A stretch of 64,000 bases of DNA from Zygnema circumcarinatum SAG 698-1b (Eukaryota > Plantae > Zygnematophyceae): the NCBI GenBank assembly GCA_037447605.1, contig CM074819.1, forward strand, positions 2,221,580 to 2,285,579, written 5' to 3'. The position numbers and the translations under genes were made by a program. Positions 21,692 to 34,235 of the stretch are shown here, one piece after another; the stretch's first letter is position 1; each line of letters begins with the position of its first letter. A model generated the notes under the pieces. The model searched no databases. It was not told the DNA's origin and saw only the letters and a program-made list of their open reading frames with translations.

Positions 21692-24600
21692 TCAGTCCTT
21701 GACGGCGACGATGTCGACCATGACCGGCTGCCCCAAAGCAGTCCTCAGCGCCTTAGAGAGGTGCTTGGAGTGGTCGTCCTTTCGGAACACATCCACAAAC
21801 TTTGCCGCCGTTCCTATGCGCACGAAATAGCCCTCCCCGGTAGAGCTGACTGACAGGAGGGAGCCCTATAAATGGAGAGGAGACAGCAGGAGGAGGGCAC
21901 GCCGAGGTCAGGAATGCGCATGAAATCGTACAACCACTCTTCACCAGTTGGGTCTTAGTCTCTGCCAAAACCAACAGGCACAATCTCCTCCTCTCATCAT
22001 AGAAATAGTGAAGCTTTAAGAGGAGTTATAGAGAGAGTTCCATTCATACCTTCTGGCGAGTAAGAGCTTGAGTCGTTCGGCTCTCCAACATAGCACATGT
22101 TTCCTCCCAGATGTCCTTCAACTGCTCCTCTTTCCTGTCATTCTCTGAAGGGGGCAGCCCAGACTCGCCGGCGTTGCAGCCGCCATCACCACCCCCTTCC
22201 CTCCCACTCGAATTTCCGCTTCCCAAGCTTGGTAAGCCACTTTCCAGCTCCCCCCTGGCAAGATCTGCCATCCTTTCTTGGACCCACTTCGGAAGCGAGG
22301 CTATGTCCTCGGAGCTGAGAATCTCCCTAGTATGCGAACGCTTTCCTAACTTCAATTCATAGTCGAGCTCGGAGACCCAATCTGACGTGAGTTCTTGTGG
22401 CCCAAAGTGGCAATAAATCATATTTGCCCAGTTTTTGGAGTCAGATACAAGGTGGTGTAAAAGGGGAGAACGGGAGGCTGCCAACGTAAGGGGACGATTC
22501 AAACTGACAATGTAATCAAGAGTCGCGGAAAGAGCTGCCTTCGTTTGAAGTCCCTCGGGCACCTCAAGGTCGTCTAGAAGCACCAATGACCTCCCAGTAG
22601 CGTCCTTTGCTATGTCTGATAACTGCTGCAACTGTTCTTTGAAAGAGATTCCGCTAGAAAAAGGTTTGCCAGAGGTCTTCGGACTCACCATGATGGAGTC
22701 TGCAATACCCACTGATGCCCAATAAGCAGGGACGAAGGACCCCATTTGCGCCATCACTTGAATTTGGCCGATTTGGGAAAGGTAACAGGTTTTTCCGCTA
22801 TGACGAGGTCCCACTAGAAGCAGCGTACTTGACAACGGCCATTTTCTTCTTTCATCTTCGACTTTCCTGACAACCTTCCTCTCCGCTTCTGCTTCTCCTG
22901 CTGCCTCCACTCGCTCCGTTGGGGCTATGCTGCAACTACCGCTCTCCACTCTCTCCTCTCCCTGCAAAACTTCCTCCTCCGTTTTTGAATCAATCTTCGT
23001 GTCACTCTTAGGCTTCTTCAAGACCTCGACTCCGGGCAACCGTTCGTCATTACTCCGAGTACTTAGAAAAATTGAGTTGTGGACAAAAGGTTGACCTTCT
23101 GGCAGCGCTGCCTCGACAGATGGATGCCATCCAAGGAACACAGAAAGGCTGTAATCTTCCGTTATACGGGGCCGCACGTACCCTCTCTCTGCTGCTACTT
23201 CTGCTTCGTTTCACAACCCACGCGAAGAGAAATGAGCCGTTTCACTTACACTTCCATTACACTTCGGAGAATCATCGGAGTTCTTATGAATGAGTTCTAA
23301 TGGACATTGGAGATCCTTGGAACCTTGAATACTTCAAGAATTCCAGTAATTGACAGGGTGAAATATACTGTCGGAAAAGCCTTCGGAAGAGTGGCTCCTA
23401 ACACATAGAAACCTTTCCAACATCTAGAAGCTTTTAAAAGACAAGAGAAAAACATACGGAACTTTGGGAACTGCAGAAACTGCAAAAAACTTGCCAACCT
23501 TCGAAATTAGACAAACTTAAAACAACCCAAAACCAAAAGTCGGTTTCAGGATTGCAGGCTTACCTGCAAAACTTGCCAGTACGTCTATCTCTGCCAGAGC
23601 CTCTCCCATCTCCCAGAGCAGCTCCACCTTCTCTCCCAAAACCACTTTAAGCTTCAGTGCAGCATCTGTGGCTTTGAAATTTCCACTCCCATTTAGTTCT
23701 TCCACTTGTCTATGGTAGCCATAAGTGTCCGACTCATTCGCTCGAAATCCTTCACTCTTCTGCACATGCCAAGAAAGAATGTATTGGGATTCTACACTCT
23801 TCTTAACTATGCAGAAACATCAAATGCATTCGACAGGCTCGTCCTCCCCCTCCCGGTAGATGACGATTGTTCGGGGTACAGTACAAAAGTTCTATGGCTT
23901 CGCAATTTTGAATATTCTACCGTTTGAGCCTATTCATGGTTACGAGGTCCCCTTTCCTAGAAGAATAACAATTACCAGCTGCCCTTCAAGAAGCGACGAT
24001 AGTAGTATGCTTTTGGAGAGAAGTCCTTCTGGCAAAATTCCTTTTTGTGCGGCCTCCAGTAATACTCCCGAGCCTTCAGAATGGCCCGACCCTCTTCCGA
24101 CTACAGTCGCCACACTGCTTGCGAGGGCAATAAGCTCTCTGTACCCTCCTCTGAATGAATGATCAGGACTGAGAAACGTGGAGGGAAGTGGGAGAGAATT
24201 GAGAGGAGGTCGTGGAGGGCGAAGAGAATGAAAAGAACGAGAAAGAGAGAAGGGGGAGTGAGGGGGAAAAGGAGGAGGAAGAAAGGAGAGGAGGAATTGG
24301 GAGGAGAAACGGGTAGGAGAAAATTGGGAAAGAGGAGAGCAGGGGAGACGGAGGAATTCCAGGAAAGAGCAGGGAGCAGACGATGAGAGGGGAATGAAGA
24401 CGAGGTAGTTTTCAGCAATTCACATTCTTAACTTATATTCAACGGTCTACAATGTAAACCTATGTGACGGGCGCACTGCAACCTACCCAGCATCCGCCAT
24501 ATTCCAAGCGAGCCGAGAGGTGAGCTTCTGTATGTCTGCCAAGCGGCTGAGCTGCTCTCTGATCGATTCACGCAGACTGTGGGCAACGGTCAGAGCCTGC

Positions 24601-27600
24601 AATAGAGGTAGCAGCTCAGTAAATTTTGTCAAAACAAGGTCATTCGGGGTTTTAAGATTGAAGGAGACGATGTTTGATGTTTTCAGCTCACAATGATCTG
24701 CAATGTTATCAGCGAAGGCATGGAGGGTGGGATCGGGGATGAATCGGGTCACGAATGGCGCTAGGTACAGCTAAAGCTAGAATTGAAACAAACTCAAGTT
24801 CTGAAACCAAACGTAGATTTCAAAACTGAAATCGAGCAAGAGAATTTTCGAGTGTAGCATTTAGCATTTGCGACCCTGTTGTTGCCCTTTCTTAGATCCA
24901 TTTTTTCACAGATTTACAATTTTAGAATTTTGACTTCCGGACTCTTAAGCTTCTGACGGAGCTCCTTTGTACTACGGCACTGATCTGACGAGAGGAGAGG
25001 CGAAAGGCGACCTCTACTGCATCATGGCGGCGCAGCAAAGTCTGCATATCGCAGGAGGGTTGGAGCAGCCATTGCCGCAGTTTGCGCGTTCCCATTGTGG
25101 TCATTGTGCGGTTCAAAGCGGTCTGCAGGCTGGAGGATGGGCCGCGAGGAAACTCCACCAACTGCCATAAAGGAAGAAGGGGTATAAAGCAAGATGGGAT
25201 TGGAGGATGGTAGAGGTTTTTTTCGTTTCAGGAGTTGGGGTTTAATAATTGTAATTGTTTTGGGGTACGAAAAAGAAGGGTCGATAGGAGAGCTTACGGT
25301 CGCTTTATGCAGTTCTGTAAATCCACACTTTCAGATTGACAGTATTTGTGGTTTTTTGTACGACTGACGGGTGGAATGCTCCTCGGAACAACCTATAGGC
25401 CACAATAAAATAATAATACTAATACGGGTTCAATAACTTTTGTAGCAGGACGCATACCTCAAGGAAGGACACAGTGTCAGGGTTCAACTGAAGGGCAGAC
25501 TTCGCGTCATAAAACCGCGGTCGTTGTAGAAGGGCTCGACTTGATGCTTGCACATTCTTATCTTGAACATAACTGCATAGGAGGGAGACAGAAAGGGTAA
25601 GAGCGAGAGAGTGAGAGAAGAGAGAGAAGGAAGAAAAGGAACAATAGGGAAGGGGCGGGACTGGGAGGGAGGGAGGGAGGGAGGGAGGGAGGGAGGGAGG
25701 GGGGGAGGGAGGAAGAGACAGGGGAAAAAGGTATATCTTAACATGGCAAGTGCAGTGGAAACCTGGAAAGCCTGGACTCAGTGAGCAAATACTCAAAAAC
25801 CCCAAAACGGTGATGCCCCAAACTTCCACCCCCCTCCATGGAAGCAGAAAGAAACGCACACCAAGAGGGTGGCGGCTCCTCTCGCAGAGAGATGTCCTCC
25901 CTTTGGACCTCCCCAGAAAGGTTGCTGCGTGTCCGCCGGAGACCCCTGCTCCATAGAGCAGCTAATCACCCATTCAGGAGACCGGTAATGAAAAAGGAAA
26001 AGGCTAGTGAAAAAGGCACATGGCCTATATAAGGTTCGGAAGTTCATAGTTTTTTAAGCTTCGAGATTCTCCTTAATGGTAGAGGCCCACATGCGCCTCT
26101 CGAATCTTCATGATTAGGTATCATCAGGCATCCATGAACACCGACGCAAAGTTCAGTTATTTCTCTCGTAAGGATGACTTTAAGGTAGAAAGCGTGTTTT
26201 TTAGAGCTTTCGAGACTTTCTTACTTGAAATTTATTGGGTTTTTGAAGTTTTGACCGTACCTCAGAAACAAGTGAAACTCTGCGTTGGACATCGTTTTGC
26301 TGATTTATACTCCTCCACAAAGAAACAGCTTCAGTAGTTGCCATTTCCTGCACATTGAACCAATGTGCAGAGCTTCCCGTCACCACTAGACAGTGCCTTT
26401 CTCTCCCCTTGTGGGTGTTTCATTAGTAAGGTGAACACTCAGGAATATCCCACTTTCATATAACTAAGATTAGTATGGGGCTCTCGAATAGTGCTATTTA
26501 GGCTAATAGAGTCGTCCAAAAACCCTAAAAACCCTAAAAACCCTAAAATGTACCTGAGAGACTAGTAACAGCTCCGCCGGATTCAGTCGAAGAATCTCAT
26601 CGCGCAAGGCCTCCTCCCCCTCCACTTCAGTCGCCCAAAACTCACCTGCTCCACCATGCAAATATCGTTCCCAAGCCATTCACTCATTCCACTCATTACT
26701 GTCTCATCCAAATTCACTGAATTCATTCCCTCCCACCGCCCCCCCCTCTCTCTCTCGCTCTCACTCTCCACCCCACACCCCGCCCTACACCACCCCGGCG
26801 ATCAAGTCAAGGCTCTCGATCTCGCCAATCCCCTTCTCATCTCTCTTTCCTGCCTCCTCCTCCGTCGTCTCCTTCTGCATCTCCCTCTCTCTGCTCTTCT
26901 CTTCCCCAATCTCGCCCGCGACTACATCCTTTCTCCTCTCCTTTGCACCTCTCCTCCCAGAGTCCGGCCTATCCCAACATCTCTCACAATCATCCGCGTT
27001 GATCCGCCAGAGGGCCAAATACTGAAGGAGCTGATCTCAGTGGGCAAGAAAAAAAAGTTAAATCTTCTAAAATCGTGAAGCAAAGATAAGTATTTTTCTT
27101 AGAAAATATACGGTTTCGCTAGTTCAGTGCTACTCTGCCTCTTTCTGGATGCCGCCTCTGAACCACTCACCTGTTGACACGTCAGCATAGGCGAGTCCGT
27201 ACTTGTCGCAGCCCTCTTCTGACTTCACAATACTGACCAAGAAGTTGTTTGACCCTGAAGGCAACGTTATGGGGTCCAGCGTGGTGCCAGGTGTCAGCAC
27301 GCTAGTGGCCTGCCATCTTGACTCTCCATGACCAGTCCCTACATCCATCTGCAAGTCACAACGAAGGATAGGGTCAACTACAGAAGGGACACTTGTCAGC
27401 CTTAGCCCCAAACTAGCTTTGACAAAATAAGATGAAAATAGAGAAAATAGAAAAGAAAAAAAGGAAAAGGATTTAAAACCCTCGGGTTACGCTAGTTACT
27501 TCTTTAAAGAGGCCAATTGAAAACCCTTGCCCCAACAGGAAGGGAATTGACCGCTCGATTTCGCTGCAGGGAGCCGCTGCTATAGGAGCCACCTTGGCTG

Positions 27601-30600
27601 CCTGAAGGGATAGCCATGGCGAAGATGAATGGTAAAAAACAGGCCATGTAGACCAGGGCCACATTCGAACCCAGAAACCCGCAAAGCATGAAAACAAGGG
27701 AAAAAAAAGGGACTCTACGCGCAACCGACTTACCTCCCCACCAATTCTTCTTGTGAACTGCTCTGCACTTATCCCGGTTGCTAGAACGTCTGCGTCCTCA
27801 AAGTATGCCTGCAGGGAAAGAGAACTTTGCATGTGTGACAGACTATTCACAAACAGTAACATTCTTCATTTCTTAGAGTTTTGATGTGCCAGATTCACAA
27901 AACAGCAAACGTAAGGCGATGAGAATTCTACCTTAGTTTAGGCCTGAGAATATGTACCTCGTAGGAGTCCCCATTCTGAAAAAGCAGCAGGTAGTCCGGC
28001 CGCTCCTTTTTCGCAGTTAGCCATGCCCTGAACTCTGGTCTGAGGCCAACTGCCTCCTCCTCCACATATGCGCTATCTGCCATCTCCTCCAACTCTCTCG
28101 CTCCGCTCTCATCTTCACGTCCCACTTCTTCGCTTGCTCTCTCCCCCACAGTCCGAGCAGCGGGAGATACGGCCGCTTCTCTTCTTCTCCTGCCTGCTTC
28201 TACGCTTACCTGCTCGGTTGCCAGAGGATTCCATCCCCTGTCTGCTGCATCCTCATCAAACATCCATTTTTCAACATCATTTGACTCGTCCCGTCTGGGC
28301 AATTCATCTTGACTGGAAAATGCTTCCCTTAGATCTCTTCCAGTTAAGGTATCCTTCACATTGAAAACCGGGAAACCAGTCTCTCCATAATGAAGGCCAA
28401 GTGAGCCTTCGATAGCGTCGTCTGCAACCTTTCCTCCTCGTGACGAACCATTTACCGTTTCCTTATTGGCTAGCTCATTTTCTTCACTGAGAACGAAACC
28501 TCTAGTTGTACCCTCAATTGCCCCTGCATGCCTTCCCCTACCCGCAGATTCTTCCGCTTCTCGGGTTTCTTGCAGGTCTTGGAAAAGAGGCATTTCAAAT
28601 CGCTTCGTTCTTTGGGCATCTCTCGCTAATTCTTGGTGGCTCGGAGGCCTCTTCTTCGATTCGGGATTCCCATCAGCACCAAATGTGTAGCGACATAACG
28701 ACTCTAAAGGAAGCTTCGAATTTTCCAGCCAGAAGTTTATAACGTCAAGCAGCATAAGGACATCCGGGCCTGCTCGATGCGCAGCCGGACGAGACGGAAG
28801 GCCATAGTGGCTATGTAGAGTGGCGAGCTTGAGGTTCTTTGGACCTGCCAAATGAGCTGCAGCACAGGGAATACATAGATATGGTTCACAGCCACGCTGA
28901 CTGTCTTAACGTATCTTGCTCAAAGGAGAATCTTAAAATCCTACAGGAAATGACAATTTATTAACACGATGTCCGAACTGTTGTGGGTTCACGACCAGGG
29001 GGCTTGAGGAAGGAAAAGAGCTATGAATGTGAATTGGGAAGAAACGCAAAGGATAGAGGAGGGAGAGGAAAGGGGAAGAAAGAAAGAAAAGATAAGCACC
29101 TAGAGACTTCGGATGCAGTACCCTGCCCAGCACAAGCGTATCCAAGAACAGCCAATTGGAGGGCATGATGATCTTGTAGCGTTCAAACTCGCGTTTCAAA
29201 ACCGGGACATCAAACGTTTGTCCGTTGTGCGCAGCCAATACAATTGGAACATCGCTCTGTCGTCGGCTTTCCACAAAGTCTATGAAGGCCCGCCCCACCA
29301 CCGCCCAGCTGACACCCAAATCGACGGTCAAGCGTCTCCAATAGAGGTGCGGAAAGCCTTTCAAACAGAAAGGAAACAACACAAGGCCTGGCATAGTGGG
29401 ACAGCATATAAAAGCTTTCGTATTCGACTCTGATCCTAGTTTTCATGACGTCGGGTGCGTATTTTACAAGTTTATTGTACCTCAGGTCATGCATTTATAT
29501 GCCTAATGCTTCAAGAAGACAAGGATGATAAGTCGTTGAGGGGTTCAACAACAATTCAAGAAGATCCTATGTAGGTAACTCCATATTGTCTCCCTAGTGG
29601 ACTTCAATCAAATTGGATGTTCATTGTCACTAAACAGCATGCATTGCCACAGAAAGGTTGCGAATCCGTTAGTACTTATACTTCCTCCCCTTTCTACTAT
29701 TCCCATAGTGCACACAACCTCCCCAACCCCATACCAGCCAATACACCCTCACCCTCACGCTCAACGTGCAGTTTTCGCGCGGCTTGTGTCTCCAGCACAT
29801 GGGCTGCTACATGAACTCACGAAGTGGCCCTTGTCGCGTACAGACGAAACCACTCATGGCAGTTTGGCGTGTCTTCTCATGAAGCATATGCTGACCTTTT
29901 TTAATGCAATCACGGCTTCTGCACTGCATTCATGCGCATAGCACTCACTCGGGAACGTCGGGCCGACAGACATCGTTGGTGTAGATATTGTTCGATCTTG
30001 ACGCCCCGAGAGGAACAGGCACTCTCGGATTAACAAGCGACTCCATGCTGCTGAACGGCCCCCCCGTTCTATCTCTTGCCGCCACCTCGATAATGCGGTC
30101 GCTCGAGCCGAGTCCCGTGGTTTCCAAATCAAACCCTATCAACACCAATGGGGGCTTGTCTCCACCTGTCAACGATTCAACTCCGGAGTGCAGTGAAGCA
30201 TTCAAGCCTGACTTCCAATGTTTCCCCCTTCCTGCATGGCCATAGGCATGGGGTATTCGGTCATCTGAAATTCGCCAGGATGGCGGAGCTGCCAGTTGGC
30301 TACATCGCCATTCCCGCCGTTGACTTCTCAAATGCTCCGAAATCGATAAGTTCGGCGTTCCAAAAATCATTTTTTTTTCAGGTTCTCTGACGCAATGTTG
30401 AAAATAGGAGGCGTTGTTTGTGGAAATTGTGGGAGAATATGGATAGAATGTCGGCATGAGAGAAGTGGTGGGCAAGGCAGGAGAGTAAGCTGAGAGCAGC
30501 AACCGCCTATCAACTGTTGTCATTTGGCTATATCTTTGTACCCTCCGCATTTTATTCAACTTCAGCGTATACCTGCTCTTCGAAGCGCAATACAAACTCC

Positions 30601-30790
30601 AAATCCCAATACTAGAGCACGCCGTGGAATATACATGAGGCATTTGCAGGGGCAAGACACCACCCCTTTTGACAAGCTTCTTCTGACTGGAGAGAGTAGA
30701 ATTCCGTAGCACAGCAGGTGCTGTGCCACAGTGACATCCATGGCGTCCATACGAGGCCAACATACCCTCCCTTCCCCCACAATTCCACAT
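21692..30790 (-). CDS. Fusion of a DPD1-like DEDDh 3'-5' exonuclease, a bacterial-type MutS (domains I, II, III, V; degenerate) and a DnaX/STICHEL-like C-terminal domain; probably organelle-targeted
   Basis: Exons: start (ATG 30790 or 30550) to 29949 (ExoI FDLETTG); 29308-29100 (ExoII AHNGQTFD, NWLFLDTL); 28844-27958 (ExoIII HRAGPD plus MutS-I KKERPDYLLLFQNGDSYE); 27808-27734; 27601-27500; 27348-about 27171 (VLTPGT...YGLAYADVSTG); 1-3 unresolved exons at 27.1-25.9 kb; 25572-25458; 25161-25012 (LNRTMTTMGTRKLRQWLLQP); 24596-24487; 24138-23976; 23759-23564 (LAEIDVLASFA); 23188-22050 (GPRHSGKT, MAQMGSFVPA, LVLLDD); 21865-21692. All resolved junctions are GT-AG and phase-consistent. Confidence 0.88.
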
Positions 30791-31093
30791 AAGCAATGTG
30801 ATGCGGAGCCAGCCTGCAGCAGCTCATGCCTCCTGCAAGCGCCTCTGCAGGGCCCTGCAGGAGATGGCCGCGTTCCCCCCCGAGGGACAAGGCTGAGCAG
30901 GTGTCGGTGCCGTACGGCACTACCACTTACGCCGGTTTCAGTTCCACAAACTCAGTTTTTGACGTGTGAACTTTCCTTGTTGTCAACGGTAGACGCACAT
31001 ACAAACCAGGATGGAGGAAGGCGCACATACAAACCAGGCTGGAGGTTTTTCTTTTTGTAGGGTTTTAAGAAAGGTTTTTTGAAAATTAGGGTC

Positions 31094-31211
31094 AATTTAG
31101 ACACCTTTTGGATAGATACACACCTTTGTGCGCACATCAGATTTCATTTCAGGGTTTTTGAAGTTTTGCATTGTTTAAAGGTGTGTATCTAGCCAAAAAG
31201 GTGTGTAAATT
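31094..31211. mobile_element. Short inverted-repeat element (MITE-like hairpin) with ~34-bp arms
   Basis: 31094-31127 aatttagacaccttttggatagatacacaccttt is near-complementary to 31177-31211. A related arm-like sequence lies at 20626-20659. Confidence 0.55.
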
Positions 31212-31451
31212 ACAAATTTCTTTTGGAAGTAGAGAATTGCGGAATTTTAATAAAATTTGATAAATGCTGTATAAATTTTCTACAACCACATACCAAAACT
31301 GTACGGCGCACATAACAAAGTGCGCTGGTTAGTAGCGCAGGGCTGACGTGCGATTTCTGAACCCAGAACCTCTCGTGCTCAATCTCCGCCGTCCCTTGTC
31401 GCTCGTGCGGCAATCGACGCCGTTGCTTACACGTGCGGCGGCCGACCCTGC

Positions 31452-31719
31452 TGGGCCCCCCTACATTGGCGCGGCGGAGCCCTGCGCGGCCCTCTTTCTC
31501 GCCGCCGCGATTAGGGTTCGCCCTCGCCCTCCCTCCCCCCTTCCCCGCCTCCTCCAGGAGGGCGGCCGCCATGGTGTCCGGGTCGGGAGTCCAGGCCAAG
31601 GTGGTGGTCGTGGACGCGCGCCACCATATGCTGGGCCGGCTGTCGTCCATCATCGCCAAGGAGCTTCTTAATGGCCAGAGAGTGGTGAGCATGCGTCCTC
31701 AGCGTTTTTAGGGTTAGGG
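31452..31719. promoter_or_regulatory. Site II (TGGGCC) and telo-box motifs around the RPL13A start
   Basis: TGGGCC at 31452, ATTAGGGTT at 31510-31518 and TTTTAGGGTTAGGG in intron 1 (about 31706-31719). This motif pair is established for plant ribosomal-protein promoters. Confidence 0.55.
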
Positions 31720-34235
31720 ATTGATGTTTTTTTTTCGCCTCTCTTCTCCTCCCTTCTCTTCCCTTCGCTTCTCTGTCGCTCTCCGCCGCTAGTTTTCCTC
31801 TCGTCGTACCTCTCATCTTTTTTTGTACAACTGCACAATTGTCGGTTTCTCGTGTCCATTGCCTGGCCTACTTCCTTTCCCTCCTTCCCCTGCCTTTGCC
31901 TCTCTTTTTCGTTGTTTTACCCCTATTTCAGCTCTGGCTGTCCTCTCCTCTCCCTGTCTTCCGCATTGCCCGCCCCTATCTCGCCCTCCTCCCCGTCCTC
32001 TCCTTCACCTGTCTTTCTCCTCCCCTTTTCTCTCCGTTCTCCTTCTCCCATTTTTCTCTACTGCCTCCGTTACTCCCTCTCCCTCTCCGTCCTCTCTTCT
32101 GTCCCTTCCCGGTAGAGCGCAATTTTCTCTCACGCATTCCTCACCTCCTTGGAAGGCATGCGTGCTCCGTGCGTATGAATTCCTTCCAGGTGGTTGTTCG
32201 ATGTGAGGAAATCTGCCTATCAGGAGGATTGGTTCGCCAAAAGATGAAGTACCTCCGATTCTTGCGAAAGCGCATGAACACAAAGCCTAGCAAGGGGCCC
32301 ATTCACTTTCGGGCACCCTCCAGAATATTGTGGAGGACTATCCGTGGGTGAGTTTGACTTCTCACGCTTCATTAATTTGTGAGGTGGAAGCTTGGCTTTT
32401 GAACAGTTCAGCAGAGTTCATTTCCTGCTGTAATTGGATAGGGATAGTATGCCTTTGGATGTTTTGTTTCCATGCACTCAGAGTCGCCTTTTTGTGGGGA
32501 TAGAAGCTTGGCCCCAATCAAGGAAGTTGTACGTATAAGTTGTGGAACGAAAGTTCTCTCAGCGCGGGGTTTATCTTATTTCGGGCTACATTTAGCTTCC
32601 GCATAACCTATTTTTGGATACGTGACTTTAGAAGCTAAACTGCTCATTTTGTAATACATACTCTATATATTTTGAAAATGTCTAGACAAAAACACTTTTT
32701 CAGATGAAAGATTCCTGGTAGAAAATGAGTCGGATATGCAACTCATTTCGCGGGTTATCAGATGGTTATCAGAGACGTTGTCGGTTCTTGTGTTTCTCCA
32801 TGCTCTCCCTCTCCCAATTCACCTTGTGGTCATTCCCTCACTCTCACATGCTCCCTTCCCCTTCTCCTTCTCGCACCTCGTCCACTTCCCCCCCGCTTCT
32901 CTCTTCCTCTTTATCTTCTCTTCGCCACTTGCCACCTTACTCCCACGTTTGCTCCTCGTTCCCTCCTACCTTCTCCCTAAAACCACCCTCCCTTCCTACA
33001 ACCTTCCTCCCTCCCTCCCTCCCTCCCTCCCTCCCTCCCTTCCTCCCTTCCTCCCTCCCTCCCTCCCTCCCTTCCTCCCTCCCTCCCTTCCTCCCTCCCT
33101 CCCTCCCGTCCTCCCTCCCGTCCTCCCTCTCTTTCTCACTCCCTCCCCTCCCTCCCTGTAGAAAGTAGTGGAGAAGCTCAGTTGCTGAGGGGATGGAAGT
33201 GCAGAATGATTCCCCACAAGACCAAGAGAGGCGCAGCTGCATTGGAGCGTTTGAAGGCCTTTGAGGGAATTCCCGCCCCGTACGACAAAACAAAGCGTGT
33301 TGTCGTCCCTGATGCTCTCAAGTAAGTGAAGAATGCACTGCCGATCCTAATTCTCACCTGTATTGTGTTTAACTTATTTTTTCTGGTTTATTAAATGATA
33401 CCTTGAACAACAAACTCCAGTCCTCACAAGTAGGGGCACTACATGGAATTGCTATGAGTTGATCTGTGTGTTCGGATTGGTTTGGGATTAGGGTTTTGCG
33501 CCTTCAACCCGGCCACAAATACTGTTTGTTGGGTCGCCTTTCGCACGAAGTGGGTTGGCATCACCTGGAGACCATTAATGTAAGTAACTTTTCCGGATTC
33601 CAAAGAATTAGCTTATCGGAAAATAGTTAGGCTTATGATGGGAAGGACAAGGTTCTAAGTTAATACGTGATATGGACTATGTGAGCACAAAACCGGACAA
33701 CATCCAAGTAGGTTTAGAAGGCTTTCGGTTACCCGCATCCATGGACAGAGAGTTCATGAACACAGTAATCAAGTAATTACGCTTTCATACCTCTACATGA
33801 ATAACCTCACACAGCGATTGCAGCATCCATTGACTGATGCAGTGATAAGGTCAGGGATTAACCAAAGAGATGCGATGATCATTCTCTGCAGCTATAGGCG
33901 CTCGGGCTTTTGATTCGTCAAAGTTGTTTTGCAGGTTGTCGTGTATGAGCTACTCATAATGGGCTGTTGTCTCTTCCCCTCCGTCGTTCGTTTCCTCCCC
34001 GCTCGTCTCCCGTCTCTCTTCTTGAGATCACTGATGATCACTGATGGGGCCTGTGGATATGTTACGATGGGTGCAGGAGCTGGAGGCGAAGCGGAAGGAA
34101 CTGTCGGCCGAGTTCTACAAGAAGAAGAAGGCGGCTTTGCAGAGGCGACTCAAGGCAACAGTGGCTGCCACCGAGAAGCTGGCGGAGGAGCACAAGGCCG
34201 TGCTGGAGCCGTTGTCCTACAAGGCGTCGGAGTAG
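31571..34235 (+). CDS. RPL13A: 60S ribosomal protein L13a (uL13)
   Basis: Exons 31571-31684, 32190-32347, 33205-33321, 33492-33579 and 34077-34235 (636 nt, 211 aa). Sequence [24 protein letters not shown]...[27 protein letters not shown]...[17 protein letters not shown]. Confidence 0.98.

Noticed and set aside
30800-30970. GC-rich, coding-looking stretch upstream of the fusion gene
   Set aside because: No recognisable motif and no splice path that I could support on either strand. It may be UTR or an unplaced 5' exon.
32348-34076. Box C/D snoRNAs in RPL13A introns (known in other eukaryotes)
   Set aside because: Only isolated ATGATG/CTGA-like words were seen. I found no convincing C/D pair with terminal stem and rRNA antisense element. 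A snoscan or Infernal search would be needed.
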